Below are positions 1 through 7,831 of a stretch of 34,177 bases of DNA, piece by piece. The number at the start of each line of letters is the position of its first letter. Within the stretch, counting starts at the first letter, position 1. Source of the stretch: Candidatus Iainarchaeum sp. (GTDB lineage: Archaea; B1Sed10-29; WALL01). Below the pieces are notes generated by a model that was not told the DNA's origin, did no database searches, and saw nothing but the letters and a program-made list of their open reading frames with translations. Location: contig JAGGYF010000042.1 of assembly GCA_021162685.1 (NCBI GenBank), positions 1 through 34,177 of the forward strand, in the 5' to 3' direction. A program made the translations under genes and the position numbers.

Positions 1-21
1 ACGAGAAATCGCCTTGTATCC

Positions 22-930
22 CTAAAATTTTATGAGTTTCCCAAGGTGTTCTGAGGACTCTATTGCTTTCCTAAGGGCCTCTCCAACATTTTCTCCCATA
101 ATCGCTCTCATATTGTACATAATGTTGTGCATATCTCCCTTTTCCTCTACAAATTTCTTTATCTCATTTATGTGCTTGTTGTTTAATAGCCCCCGTTTTG
201 CTAGTTCCTCAAACAATTGTATTCTTACTGGTATGTCCTCTTTCTCATTTAGTTCCCAAGTCGCGGTCCAGAGTGCCTCAGATACCTCTTCTGCTGTTTT
301 TATGGCACCTTTTTTTACAAGGTGGGTTAGTATCTTTATTTTTTCATTAGTGATACTGGGAGAGCCCATCTGTATTGTTTTGTGGCCCATAAAGAGTGTG
401 TAGGGTGTTCTGGAGACCTTTTCTCTTATGTCCTCAAAGTATTTCTTATCAACAAGGTTATGGTCAAAAAGTTCTCTTAATAGCCTTATACTGGCACCTG
501 TTACCTCCTCCCCCTTATTCAGATCAAATTCAAGGTGCGGCATGACTACCTTTTCCATTATTTGATGTATGTGTTCCTTTTCAAGCATATTGTGATCTAT
601 AAGGTCTACTATTAGATAGGATGCCCTCCATACATTTCCAGAGTTTGAGAGGTGTTCTATTAGTTTTGGCATTAGGATAGGGATGTGTTCCTTTTTGAGA
701 AGGTCCTTTTCTACCATGTGAGAAAGCAATTGATATTCGTAGTGGTAGGGTATCCATGACTCTTCCATATATTTTAAGATTTTTGGGAGGAGAATGTCAA
801 CGTGTTCCTTTTTGAGTTTGTTGTTTGCGATGGCGCGTTCAATGCGATTAAGCGCTTTGTGGTGTTCTTCACCCCCTTTTCCAAGGCCCCTGCCAAGCCA
901 TTTTGCTGTAAACGATTCTTTAAGTCCCAT
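22..930 (-). CDS. Hypothetical helical-repeat (HEAT/ARM-like) protein, about 302 aa
   Basis: Start trimmed to ATG 930 (MGLKESF...) because the longer track ORF runs through the tRNA. TATA-like TTTATAAA lies about 25 bp upstream. Internal repeats KKEHVDILLPKI / KKEHIPILMPKL / EKEHIHQIMEKV. Confidence 0.7.
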   Translation of the reverse strand: MGLKESFTAKWLGRGLGKGGEEHHKALNRIERAIANNKLKKEHVDILLPKILKYMEESWIPYHYEYQLLSHMVEKDLLKKEHIPILMPKLIEHLSNSGNVWRASYLIVDLIDHNMLEKEHIHQIMEKVVMPHLEFDLNKGEEVTGASIRLLRELFDHNLVDKKYFEDIREKVSRTPYTLFMGHKTIQMGSPSITNEKIKILTHLVKKGAIKTAEEVSEALWTATWELNEKEDIPVRIQLFEELAKRGLLNNKHINEIKKFVEEKGDMHNIMYNMRAIMGENVGEALRKAIESSEHLGKLIKF

Positions 931-968
931 GATATTATTATTGCAATACTTCTTTATAAAATAAGTAG

Positions 969-1107
969 CGCCGGGGGTGGGACTCGAACCCACGTGTCCC
1001 GAAGGACAGTGACTCTCTGCCATCCAACCTTGCGTTGGACTTCGGGTTTCAAAAGGGTGAAACCCTTTGTTAGCAGGCCACCGCAATAGCCACTATGCGA
1101 CCCCGGC
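969..1107 (-). tRNA. tRNA-Ser(GCT) with 56-nt intron at 37/38 (5' exon 1107-1071, intron 1070-1015, 3' exon 1014-969)
   Basis: Acceptor GCCGGGG/CCCCGGC with G73 discriminator. Anticodon stem GTGGC/GTCAC with loop CT-GCT-A^A. Long variable arm TGTCC-TTCG-GGACA, T-arm GTGGG-TTCGAGT-CCCAC. BHB central helix CTGC/GCAG with 3-nt bulges. CCA is not encoded. Confidence 0.95.
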
Positions 1108-1343
1108 TTCAACGATTTCTGATAGTGTGGTCTTGTGCCACACTACGAACGCCCATATGTAATTTGGGCCTATGCGACCCCGGCTTCAACGATTCTGACA
1201 TCCATGTAATTTGTCAAGCATAAGCGCCAAAGGCGCACTTGTTCGCCGGCAGGGCGAACATGGTTATACTTTCCCCAGGCTTTTTCCGCCTGAAGCGGAA
1301 AAAGGCTGCCACACTACGAACGCCCATATGTAATTTGGGCCTA
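1093..1343. repeat. Interleaved direct repeats upstream of tRNA-Ser: repeat A (25 bp, 1093-1117 and 1170-1194) and repeat B (37 bp, 1136-1172 and 1307-1343)
   Basis: A = CTATGCGACCCCGGCTTCAACGATT, which includes the first 15 nt of the tRNA. B = TGCCACACTACGAACGCCCATATGTAATTTGGGCCTA. Both are exact copies read directly from the sequence. Confidence 0.95.
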
Positions 1344-1499
1344 CATTGTTTCTAGGTAGCCCCCAAGGAAGCGGTATAGGATTATGAACGTTACGATATT
1401 TATAGGCAACATAATTACTAATGGCCAGTGATATGTCATTTTGAAGACAGTAATGTACTGGACAACGGCCACTATGAGCATGATCAGGAATTTATTCAT
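1341..1499 (-). CDS. Small putative two-TM membrane protein, 52 aa (below ORF-track cutoff)
   Basis: MNKFLIMLIVAVVQYITVFKMTYHWPLVIMLPINIVTFIILYRFLGGYLETM*. TATA-like TTTAAATA at about 1522-1529, shared with the divergent gene. Confidence 0.6.
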   Translation of the reverse strand: MNKFLIMLIVAVVQYITVFKMTYHWPLVIMLPINIVTFIILYRFLGGYLETM

Positions 1500-1551
1500 G
1501 GACAATATTTAGGGTATAGTAATTTAAATATTATTTTGTTAATCTTGTGCG

Positions 1552-3687
1552 ATGAGAAGGGTTCTTATTGGCATAATGCTCATTATGGCGTTCTCAGTAG
1601 CGTTGGATATCCAGGATCCAAAGCTCGTAAGCTCTTTAAATGCAACTGTGGTTGATGCTGGCTCTATTCAGATACTAAATGGTAGGGCATATTCTATTGA
1701 TTTGAACATTACGATTCCGCAAAACACGGAGTTCCAGGTTGCTAGGTATGATGGAAGAATTGTTAGGGATGAGGAAGGGAATGAACTGGCAAATATATAT
1801 GTTGTAAACCCTGACAATCCGTTTGAATATCGTTTGGTGACAAATGTTGAAACACGGACAAGGAAAGTGGGTTTATTACCAGAGGAGTATGATATACCCC
1901 CAGAGATATCTGAATATGTAGAATCAACAGAACACACGCAGAGCAGCAGTGATGAGATAAGGGCACTTGCTGAGGAGATAACTGCGAATTCCACAGATGA
2001 TTTTGAGAAGATTGCAAAGCTGGCTATATGGGTAAATCAATACATAACATATGACATAAGCATGGTTGGAGAGAAGAGGGACGCGCTCTGGGTTCTTCAC
2101 AATAGGAGAGGGGTTTGTATAGAGTATGCGACATTATTCTCAGCACTTGCTAGGTCATTGGGTTATCCCACGAGGTATGTTCTTGGTCAGACATATGGTG
2201 ATTATGGTTGGTTGGGGCATGCATGGGTTGAGGTTTACTTGGGCGATTGGGTAGCAGTTGATCCAACATGGTTGGAAGTAGGAAAACTTGACGCAACACA
2301 TATTGTATTTTACAGGTCAAGGGGAGTGAATGCAAATAGCAGGGTGCAAGCAAAGGTCACAGAAGGAGCGATGATGAAATGGAACAGACAGGAATTTACA
2401 GGCCAATCTATAAATGAGAGCAGGATATTTGTGAATGAGATATCCTATGATAAAAAAGGAGATTATGACCTTTTCATTGGTGCGAATAGTATAGGTGCTG
2501 GTGATAAAACCATTGTTATTTTGGAGTATAACGGAGAAGAATACACTATCGCTGATGCAACACTTGTTCCGTGCAAAGCATCTTTTCCTGTTGTGTACAT
2601 AGAGGATGAGGAGAAAAAGGCAATCGTTGAGCCAAATAAGAGGATAGTTTTGGCATGGGTTGTTCAGGCTTCAGATAATCTTCAAAAGAATGTGTTGTAC
2701 TCATGCCCTTTAACGCTTAACTCACGTGTTTTGAAGAACAAATCTATTGTTTTGACTATGAGCGAAAAATCAGAAGAGCCAGACATAGATGTTACATTAA
2801 GTAGGAGGGTTGTTGGGCTGGGTGAACCTGTTAGGGTGTATGTAAAAACCAGTGAGAGTGATGTTGGTGTAGGTATTGTAACGAGTGAGGCATACGAACT
2901 CAGAAATATTGGGGGGAGGGAAACAGTATTTTCTGTTAATTTCTCCCGTCCAGGTGAGCAAACTATATATGTATTTACATCAAAGGGAGGCGTTGCAAAG
3001 AGAATAGTATCTGTGGTGCAGGAAAAACCACATGCTTACGTTTCCTCTGTTGATGTTCATGAAAAGATCCTAAAAGGGAGGAGCATTGGATTGAATGTTT
3101 CTATAGAGAGTGAAGGAAAACTTGATGCAAATCTCTTTGTTTCTTTAGGAAACTATAAGACTGCAAGAAAGGTTGTCATAAGTGGAGAGCAGACCTTTAT
3201 GTTTGAGATTCCTCCTCAGGAGGAGGGAGAGCATATACTAACTGTCATATTGAGAGGAGAAGGTATCTATGATGAGCAGCATATTCCTGTCCTCATATAT
3301 TCACGTCCTATTATTGCGGTCTCTAGTATATCGTTCAAAAGGATAGATGGAAAAATCAGGAGCGTTATTGAGTTCTATAGGAAAGGACCAGCACAGAACG
3401 TAACAGTAACTATTGGAAATCAAACAATTGAACTTCAGGATGATACATTAGAAATTGTTTTGGAACCAGGACAGTATTTTGTTGTGATGAAATGGATGGA
3501 TCCAGCTGGAAACCATTATTCTGCAGCAGCGTTTTTAGGAGTACCAGCGTTAGAGGAAGAGAAAGAAAGAGAGCTCTCGTTTGCAAATCTGTTCGCGTTT
3601 CTTATTATTGTTGTTATGGTTGCAATCTTTGTTCTGATTAGTGTGCTTACAATATCTGCTATCACTCTACTCAGAAAAGGCTCATAG
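1552..3687 (+). CDS. Secreted, C-terminally anchored transglutaminase-like (papain-fold) surface protein
   Basis: Signal peptide; catalytic motifs GVCIEYA, HAWVE and DPTW; beta-rich (Ig-like) middle region; C-terminal hydrophobic helix with a basic tail. Confidence 0.88.
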   Translation: MRRVLIGIMLIMAFSVALDIQDPKLVSSLNATVVDAGSIQILNGRAYSIDLNITIPQNTEFQVARYDGRIVRDEEGNELANIYVVNPDNPFEYRLVTNVETRTRKVGLLPEEYDIPPEISEYVESTEHTQSSSDEIRALAEEITANSTDDFEKIAKLAIWVNQYITYDISMVGEKRDALWVLHNRRGVCIEYATLFSALARSLGYPTRYVLGQTYGDYGWLGHAWVEVYLGDWVAVDPTWLEVGKLDATHIVFYRSRGVNANSRVQAKVTEGAMMKWNRQEFTGQSINESRIFVNEISYDKKGDYDLFIGANSIGAGDKTIVILEYNGEEYTIADATLVPCKASFPVVYIEDEEKKAIVEPNKRIVLAWVVQASDNLQKNVLYSCPLTLNSRVLKNKSIVLTMSEKSEEPDIDVTLSRRVVGLGEPVRVYVKTSESDVGVGIVTSEAYELRNIGGRETVFSVNFSRPGEQTIYVFTSKGGVAKRIVSVVQEKPHAYVSSVDVHEKILKGRSIGLNVSIESEGKLDANLFVSLGNYKTARKVVISGEQTFMFEIPPQEEGEHILTVILRGEGIYDEQHIPVLIYSRPIIAVSSISFKRIDGKIRSVIEFYRKGPAQNVTVTIGNQTIELQDDTLEIVLEPGQYFVVMKWMDPAGNHYSAAAFLGVPALEEEKERELSFANLFAFLIIVVMVAIFVLISVLTISAITLLRKGS

Positions 3688-3891
3688 CTTACAGAAGTAT
3701 ACAATTAGAGGAATGCCTAAAAAGGTTACTACAAGAAACCATGAGATAAGGAATAGCACGTCTTCTGGGATAGGATAAAAACTTGCGGCAATGAGAAGGA
3801 TTGCGATGACAAATCCGACAAAAGGAAGGATACCTGCTACTAGGCTTGCCAATACATTCCAGTCTGGAATTAGTGGCTTCTGTTTTTTCAT
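3682..3891 (-). CDS. Small two-TM membrane protein, about 69 aa
   Basis: Likely start MKKQKPLIP at 3891; two hydrophobic helices. The upstream extension in the track overlaps the Nudix gene. Confidence 0.6.
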   Translation of the reverse strand: MKKQKPLIPDWNVLASLVAGILPFVGFVIAILLIAASFYPIPEDVLFLISWFLVVTFLGIPLIVYFCKL

Positions 3892-3944
3892 ATGTGCATT
3901 GTGTACTACAAAGTATTTAATAGTAAAGGGCATAATGAAGAGAT

Positions 3945-4367
3945 ATGGAAGAAAAGTCGTGCGGTACAGTGGTATACAACCCAAAAATACAAAAATTTCT
4001 GCTCCTACGCTATTCAAAGCATTGGGGCTTTCCAAAGGGGAATCAGGAACCAGGTGAGACAGAGGAGCAGACGGCATTGAGAGAGTTAGAGGAGGAAACA
4101 GGCATACATGCAGAGAGAGTGGAACCTAATTTTAGAAAGGAGATAGAATATTTTTATGTTAGAGCAGGTAAAAGAATTCATAAGACAGTTGTTTTCTTTT
4201 TGGTGAAAACAGAGAAAACAGATGTGAAGGTTTCATGGGAGCATAAGGGATATAAGTGGCTCAGCTATGATGATGCTATGAAACACCTAACATTCAATAC
4301 AGCGAAGGAGGTTCTGAAGGAAGCAAAGGCATTTCTGGACCAGAGGACATTAGTCTTCTATACCTAG
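3945..4367 (+). CDS. Nudix hydrolase, Ap4A-hydrolase-like
   Basis: HWGFPKG...ETEEQTALRELEEETG Nudix box; SWEH..YKW motif. Confidence 0.92.
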   Translation: MEEKSCGTVVYNPKIQKFLLLRYSKHWGFPKGNQEPGETEEQTALRELEEETGIHAERVEPNFRKEIEYFYVRAGKRIHKTVVFFLVKTEKTDVKVSWEHKGYKWLSYDDAMKHLTFNTAKEVLKEAKAFLDQRTLVFYT

Positions 4368-4586
4368 TAATTGTTTTACGCGCAAGACGTCGAATCCTAT
4401 TATGATGTTGCCGTCTATGTCAATCACTGGAACGCCCATCTGTCCCGATTTCTGGATCATTTCCATGGCTCTTGCTCTGTCTTTTGATACATCAACATCC
4501 TCAAATGGTATGTTGTGCTCCTTCAAAAACTGTTTTGCCCTTGTACACCAGGGGCAAGATGGCGTGGAATACACAATAACCTTCAT
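4350..4586 (-). CDS. Glutaredoxin-like protein (YruB/NrdH family)
   Basis: YSTPSCPWC active site, GQMGVPVI, IIGFD. Confidence 0.93.
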   Translation of the reverse strand: MKVIVYSTPSCPWCTRAKQFLKEHNIPFEDVDVSKDRARAMEMIQKSGQMGVPVIDIDGNIIIGFDVLRVKQLLGIED

Positions 4587-4630
4587 ATTAATCCCTTACC
4601 TCTTCTTCATATAAAAAGATGGTGGAGGAA

Positions 4631-6388
4631 TTAATCCTCCATGGTTGATAGGTCTCCTACTGGCAACCCTAGTTCTTTTGCTTTTAGCACCCTCCTCATT
4701 ATCTTCCCTGATCTTGTTTTTGGTAGTTTGTCTATGAACTCTATCTCCCTTGGCTTTGCATGTGCTGCTAGCTTTGTTTTAACGAATTCCATGATTTCCT
4801 TCTTTAGTTCTTCGGATGGCTGGTATCCTGGCCTTAGCACTATGAATGCTTTTATGATGTTTCCTCTGAGCGCGTCTGGCTTTCCTATTACTCCTGCTTC
4901 TGCAACTGCTGGGTGCTCCACAAGTTTGCTCTCTACTTCAAATGGTCCAACTCTTTCTCCAGATGTTTTTATTATGTCGTCAAGTCTTCCTTGGAACCAG
5001 AAGTAGCCCTCTTCATCTGTGTATGCAGAGTCACCAGAAACATACCATTCTGTTCCGTCACTGCCCTTAACAAAGTAACTCTTGTATTTCTCCTCGTTTT
5101 TCCAAATGGTTTTCATCATGCTTGGCCATCCCTTCTTTATTGCTAGGTTTCCTATTTGCAGTGGTGGAAGCCTATTTCCATTGTCATCAACAATTGCGCC
5201 TTCAAGACCAGGGAAGGGTTTTCCCATTGAACCTGGCTTTATTGGCATGCAGGGGTAGTTACAGACCAATTGCATACCTGTTTCTGTCATCCACCATGTG
5301 TCATGGATTGGTAGTTTCCAGACATCCATTGCCCATCTCACTACCTCTGGGTTAAGAGGTTCTCCAACTGAGTATATCAATCTAAGGGAGCTGATGTCAT
5401 ACTTCTCTGCAACACCTGCTCCTGCGGCCATGAACATCCTGAATGCTGTTGGTGCGCTGTACCATATTGTTACCTTGTAATCCTGTATTGTTTGGTACCA
5501 GCTTTCAACGCTAAACCTTCCTCCTCTTATTACTTCGGATGCACCGTTGAGCCAAGGACCGAATATACCATAGGATGTTCCTGTAACCCATCCTGGGTCA
5601 GCAGTACACCAATAGATGTCCTCATCATGCAAATCCAAGACGTATTTTGCAGTTGCATAGTGACCAATCATAGCCCTTTGTGCATGAAGAACACCCTTTG
5701 GCTTTCCTGTTGAACCAGATGTATAGTGTATAAGTAATGGGTCTTCTAGGTCAAGCCACACAATATCAAACTTGTCAGATGCCTCCTTCATCTCCTCATA
5801 GTAATTAATTTCGTTGTCATGTATCTCTGCACTGTCTCCTACCATGATTGTGTGCTTCAGTGCAGGCAAATCCTTGTATGCAATCCTGTCCCTCATGGAT
5901 GGAACTGTTATGATACCAACTGCATCACAGTCCTTCATCCTATCCTTCACTGCTTCTTCCATAAATGCTTCAAAAAGAGGAACAGGAATTACACCTGCTT
6001 TTAGCATTCCTAAAAGTGCAATATACATCTCAGGACTTCTTGGCATAAAGACGCCTACACGTTCTCCCTTTCCTATGCCATGCTTTTTCAAAACATTTGC
6101 GAACTTGTTGGATAAGTATTTCAGATCCTGGTAGGTATATTTCTCTTGCCTTTTGTCTGATACATAGTACAAAGCGACCTTGTTCTTTCTCCATGTCTCT
6201 GCGTGTCTATCAATCGCTTCATATGCCATGTTTACTTTCCCTGTTTTATACCATGTAAACTGCTTCTTTATCTCTTCCCAGTCCCAGTTCTTTCTCGCTT
6301 CATCATAGTTTTCAAGATTGGGTTTTAACCTCAGTTGTTCCAATGGTTTTTCTATTTTTTCAACTTCATGCATTGCTTTTTCTGCCAT
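4631..6388 (-). CDS. acsA: Acetate--CoA ligase (AMP-forming acetyl-CoA synthetase)
   Basis: YTSGSTGKPKG, WCTADPGWVTG, DTWWMTETG, LPKTRSGKIMRR. Start at 6388 follows the SD AGGTGA. Confidence 0.95.
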   Translation of the reverse strand: MAEKAMHEVEKIEKPLEQLRLKPNLENYDEARKNWDWEEIKKQFTWYKTGKVNMAYEAIDRHAETWRKNKVALYYVSDKRQEKYTYQDLKYLSNKFANVLKKHGIGKGERVGVFMPRSPEMYIALLGMLKAGVIPVPLFEAFMEEAVKDRMKDCDAVGIITVPSMRDRIAYKDLPALKHTIMVGDSAEIHDNEINYYEEMKEASDKFDIVWLDLEDPLLIHYTSGSTGKPKGVLHAQRAMIGHYATAKYVLDLHDEDIYWCTADPGWVTGTSYGIFGPWLNGASEVIRGGRFSVESWYQTIQDYKVTIWYSAPTAFRMFMAAGAGVAEKYDISSLRLIYSVGEPLNPEVVRWAMDVWKLPIHDTWWMTETGMQLVCNYPCMPIKPGSMGKPFPGLEGAIVDDNGNRLPPLQIGNLAIKKGWPSMMKTIWKNEEKYKSYFVKGSDGTEWYVSGDSAYTDEEGYFWFQGRLDDIIKTSGERVGPFEVESKLVEHPAVAEAGVIGKPDALRGNIIKAFIVLRPGYQPSEELKKEIMEFVKTKLAAHAKPREIEFIDKLPKTRSGKIMRRVLKAKELGLPVGDLSTMED

Positions 6389-6485
6389 AGAATCACCTAA
6401 ATTAATGGATTTTAGGAAAATGAGACATAGGATTATGGCATTTCTAGTATTTAAACGTTTATTGCCGAATTTTGATATTTGCCTA

Positions 6486-6533
6486 GTAACACTTTTGTAA
6501 CAAAATGTGATAATGTTGGAACACTTTTGTAAC
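6486..6533. promoter_or_regulatory. Pair of 16-bp boxes (GTAACACTTTTGTAAC 6486-6501; GGAACACTTTTGTAAC 6518-6533)
   Basis: Near-palindromic boxes 32 bp apart, immediately after the ATPase stop and upstream of the acsA promoter. The function is inferred. Confidence 0.6.
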
Positions 6534-6534
6534 A

Positions 6535-7701
6535 CTAGTACAAAAAGCCAAATGCGACCAATGGTAGTTCATTTTTTCCAGGAAGTTTGCTATCCACTAC
6601 CAAATAGTCCGGTTTTTGCCTCCTTGTTTTTCCTGGACCGCCAATCTCATAAGATTCTTTACCAATATAGAAATCTGTGTGAGAGCCGGGGTCATATGAT
6701 AAGCCCAAGTGGAAGGCATGTTGGACAAAGAACTCTTCTCTCTCTAACCCGCGATTGCGTGGTTTTTTCAACTTATCAAGGATTGCTGTTCTTATCGGAG
6801 GGGTAAGATAAATCTTTTTGTCCTTTTGTAGTGCTTTCACCTTCCCCCTTGCCCTGACCTCTTTTAATATTAGGCCATCATTTAATAGTTGCAGATATCT
6901 ATGAACTTGTGTTTTGTTTATTCCTATGCGTTGGGAAAGAGAAGAGAGGGAAAGTTGTTCAGACGATAAAGCTATGTTATACAGCAATTTTTCAATCTCA
7001 AGAACATTCTCCATATCCATTTTCCTGAATGCAATGAGGTCGTGTCTTAGGAATTTCGTTATCAACTCAAATATATCCGCATCGCTTTTCAACATGTACG
7101 GAAGCGCCTTTGCCATATACTCTGGGATTAATGGAGAATACTGGAGAAATTCCTTCCATCTCCCACTAAGTATCTGCTTTAGGCTTATGGGTGCTATATC
7201 TCTATTTTTTGAAAGGAGGAGGAACTCTCTAAAACTCATAGGCTCAAGTGTCATCCTCTTTATCCTTCTCGCAAGCTCTGTGGGATACAAAGCAAGTGCT
7301 GCTGACCCAGTAATCACTAAGGATAACTCTCCTTTATATGCTTCATAAAATGCTTTTATATCGTGAAATGCCATACACTCCTGAAATTCATCAAGAACAA
7401 TTACATCTACATCCTTTGTTGTGGCAATGTATTCCAGTGTATCATATACATTTTGAGATTTTAGTGGCGTGTAATCCATAGAAAGATACGCATACTTCAT
7501 ATCAGAAACAAGTTGGCTGACAAGAACAGTTTTTCCAGTGCCTCTCAGCCCAGATAGTACGGTTATCTGGTGGGGGTTTTGTATACTCTTTTTGAGAGTG
7601 TCATAGAGATATCTATGTTTTCTATAATTCTTACTATTGTTTTCTACAATCTTTGTTCCGAACAAAAGACATCTCTCTATGATGTCTGTATCAACGGCCA
7701 T
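6535..7701 (-). CDS. AAA_14/DUF4143-type ATPase with wHTH and PD-(D/E)xK-like C-terminus
   Basis: Walker A GLRGTGKT, Walker B VIVLDEFQ, ITGS, LEPMSFREF. HTH LSSLSQRIGINKTQVHRYLQLL; C-terminal TDFYIG..YEIGG. Confidence 0.88.
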   Translation of the reverse strand: MAVDTDIIERCLLFGTKIVENNSKNYRKHRYLYDTLKKSIQNPHQITVLSGLRGTGKTVLVSQLVSDMKYAYLSMDYTPLKSQNVYDTLEYIATTKDVDVIVLDEFQECMAFHDIKAFYEAYKGELSLVITGSAALALYPTELARRIKRMTLEPMSFREFLLLSKNRDIAPISLKQILSGRWKEFLQYSPLIPEYMAKALPYMLKSDADIFELITKFLRHDLIAFRKMDMENVLEIEKLLYNIALSSEQLSLSSLSQRIGINKTQVHRYLQLLNDGLILKEVRARGKVKALQKDKKIYLTPPIRTAILDKLKKPRNRGLEREEFFVQHAFHLGLSYDPGSHTDFYIGKESYEIGGPGKTRRQKPDYLVVDSKLPGKNELPLVAFGFLY

Positions 7702-7732
7702 GATATCTTATAATATGTGCTAGTATATAAAT

Positions 7733-7780
7733 GTTACACTTTTGTAACGAAAAACACGTTTTCTGTTACACTTTTGGAAC
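7733..7780. promoter_or_regulatory. Pair of 16-bp boxes (GTTACACTTTTGTAAC 7733-7748; GTTACACTTTTGGAAC 7765-7780)
   Basis: Same motif and same 32-bp spacing as 6486-6533. Located between the divergent TATA boxes of the ATPase and the Na/Pi symporter. Confidence 0.6.
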
Positions 7781-7831
7781 AAGGAGAAAAGGTATAAATA
7801 CTTGTTATACGTAAATGGTCAATGACTATTT

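Noticed and set aside
931-1089. N-terminal extension of ORF 22-1086 and ORF 802-1089
   Set aside because: Both run through the tRNA-Ser gene and intron; non-coding read-through.
1093-1343. Repeats as a mini-CRISPR array or a split/permuted tRNA
   Set aside because: Only two copies each of two different repeats, with irregular spacing and no cas genes. The tRNA is complete at one locus, and the 15-nt duplicate has no evident BHB partner.
6389-6535. 49-aa N-terminal extension of AcsA, and a hairpin CCTAAA/TTTAGG (6396-6416) over its SD
   Set aside because: A good SD precedes ATG 6388 and the extension covers promoter and box sequence. The 6-bp AT-rich stem is too weak to call regulatory.
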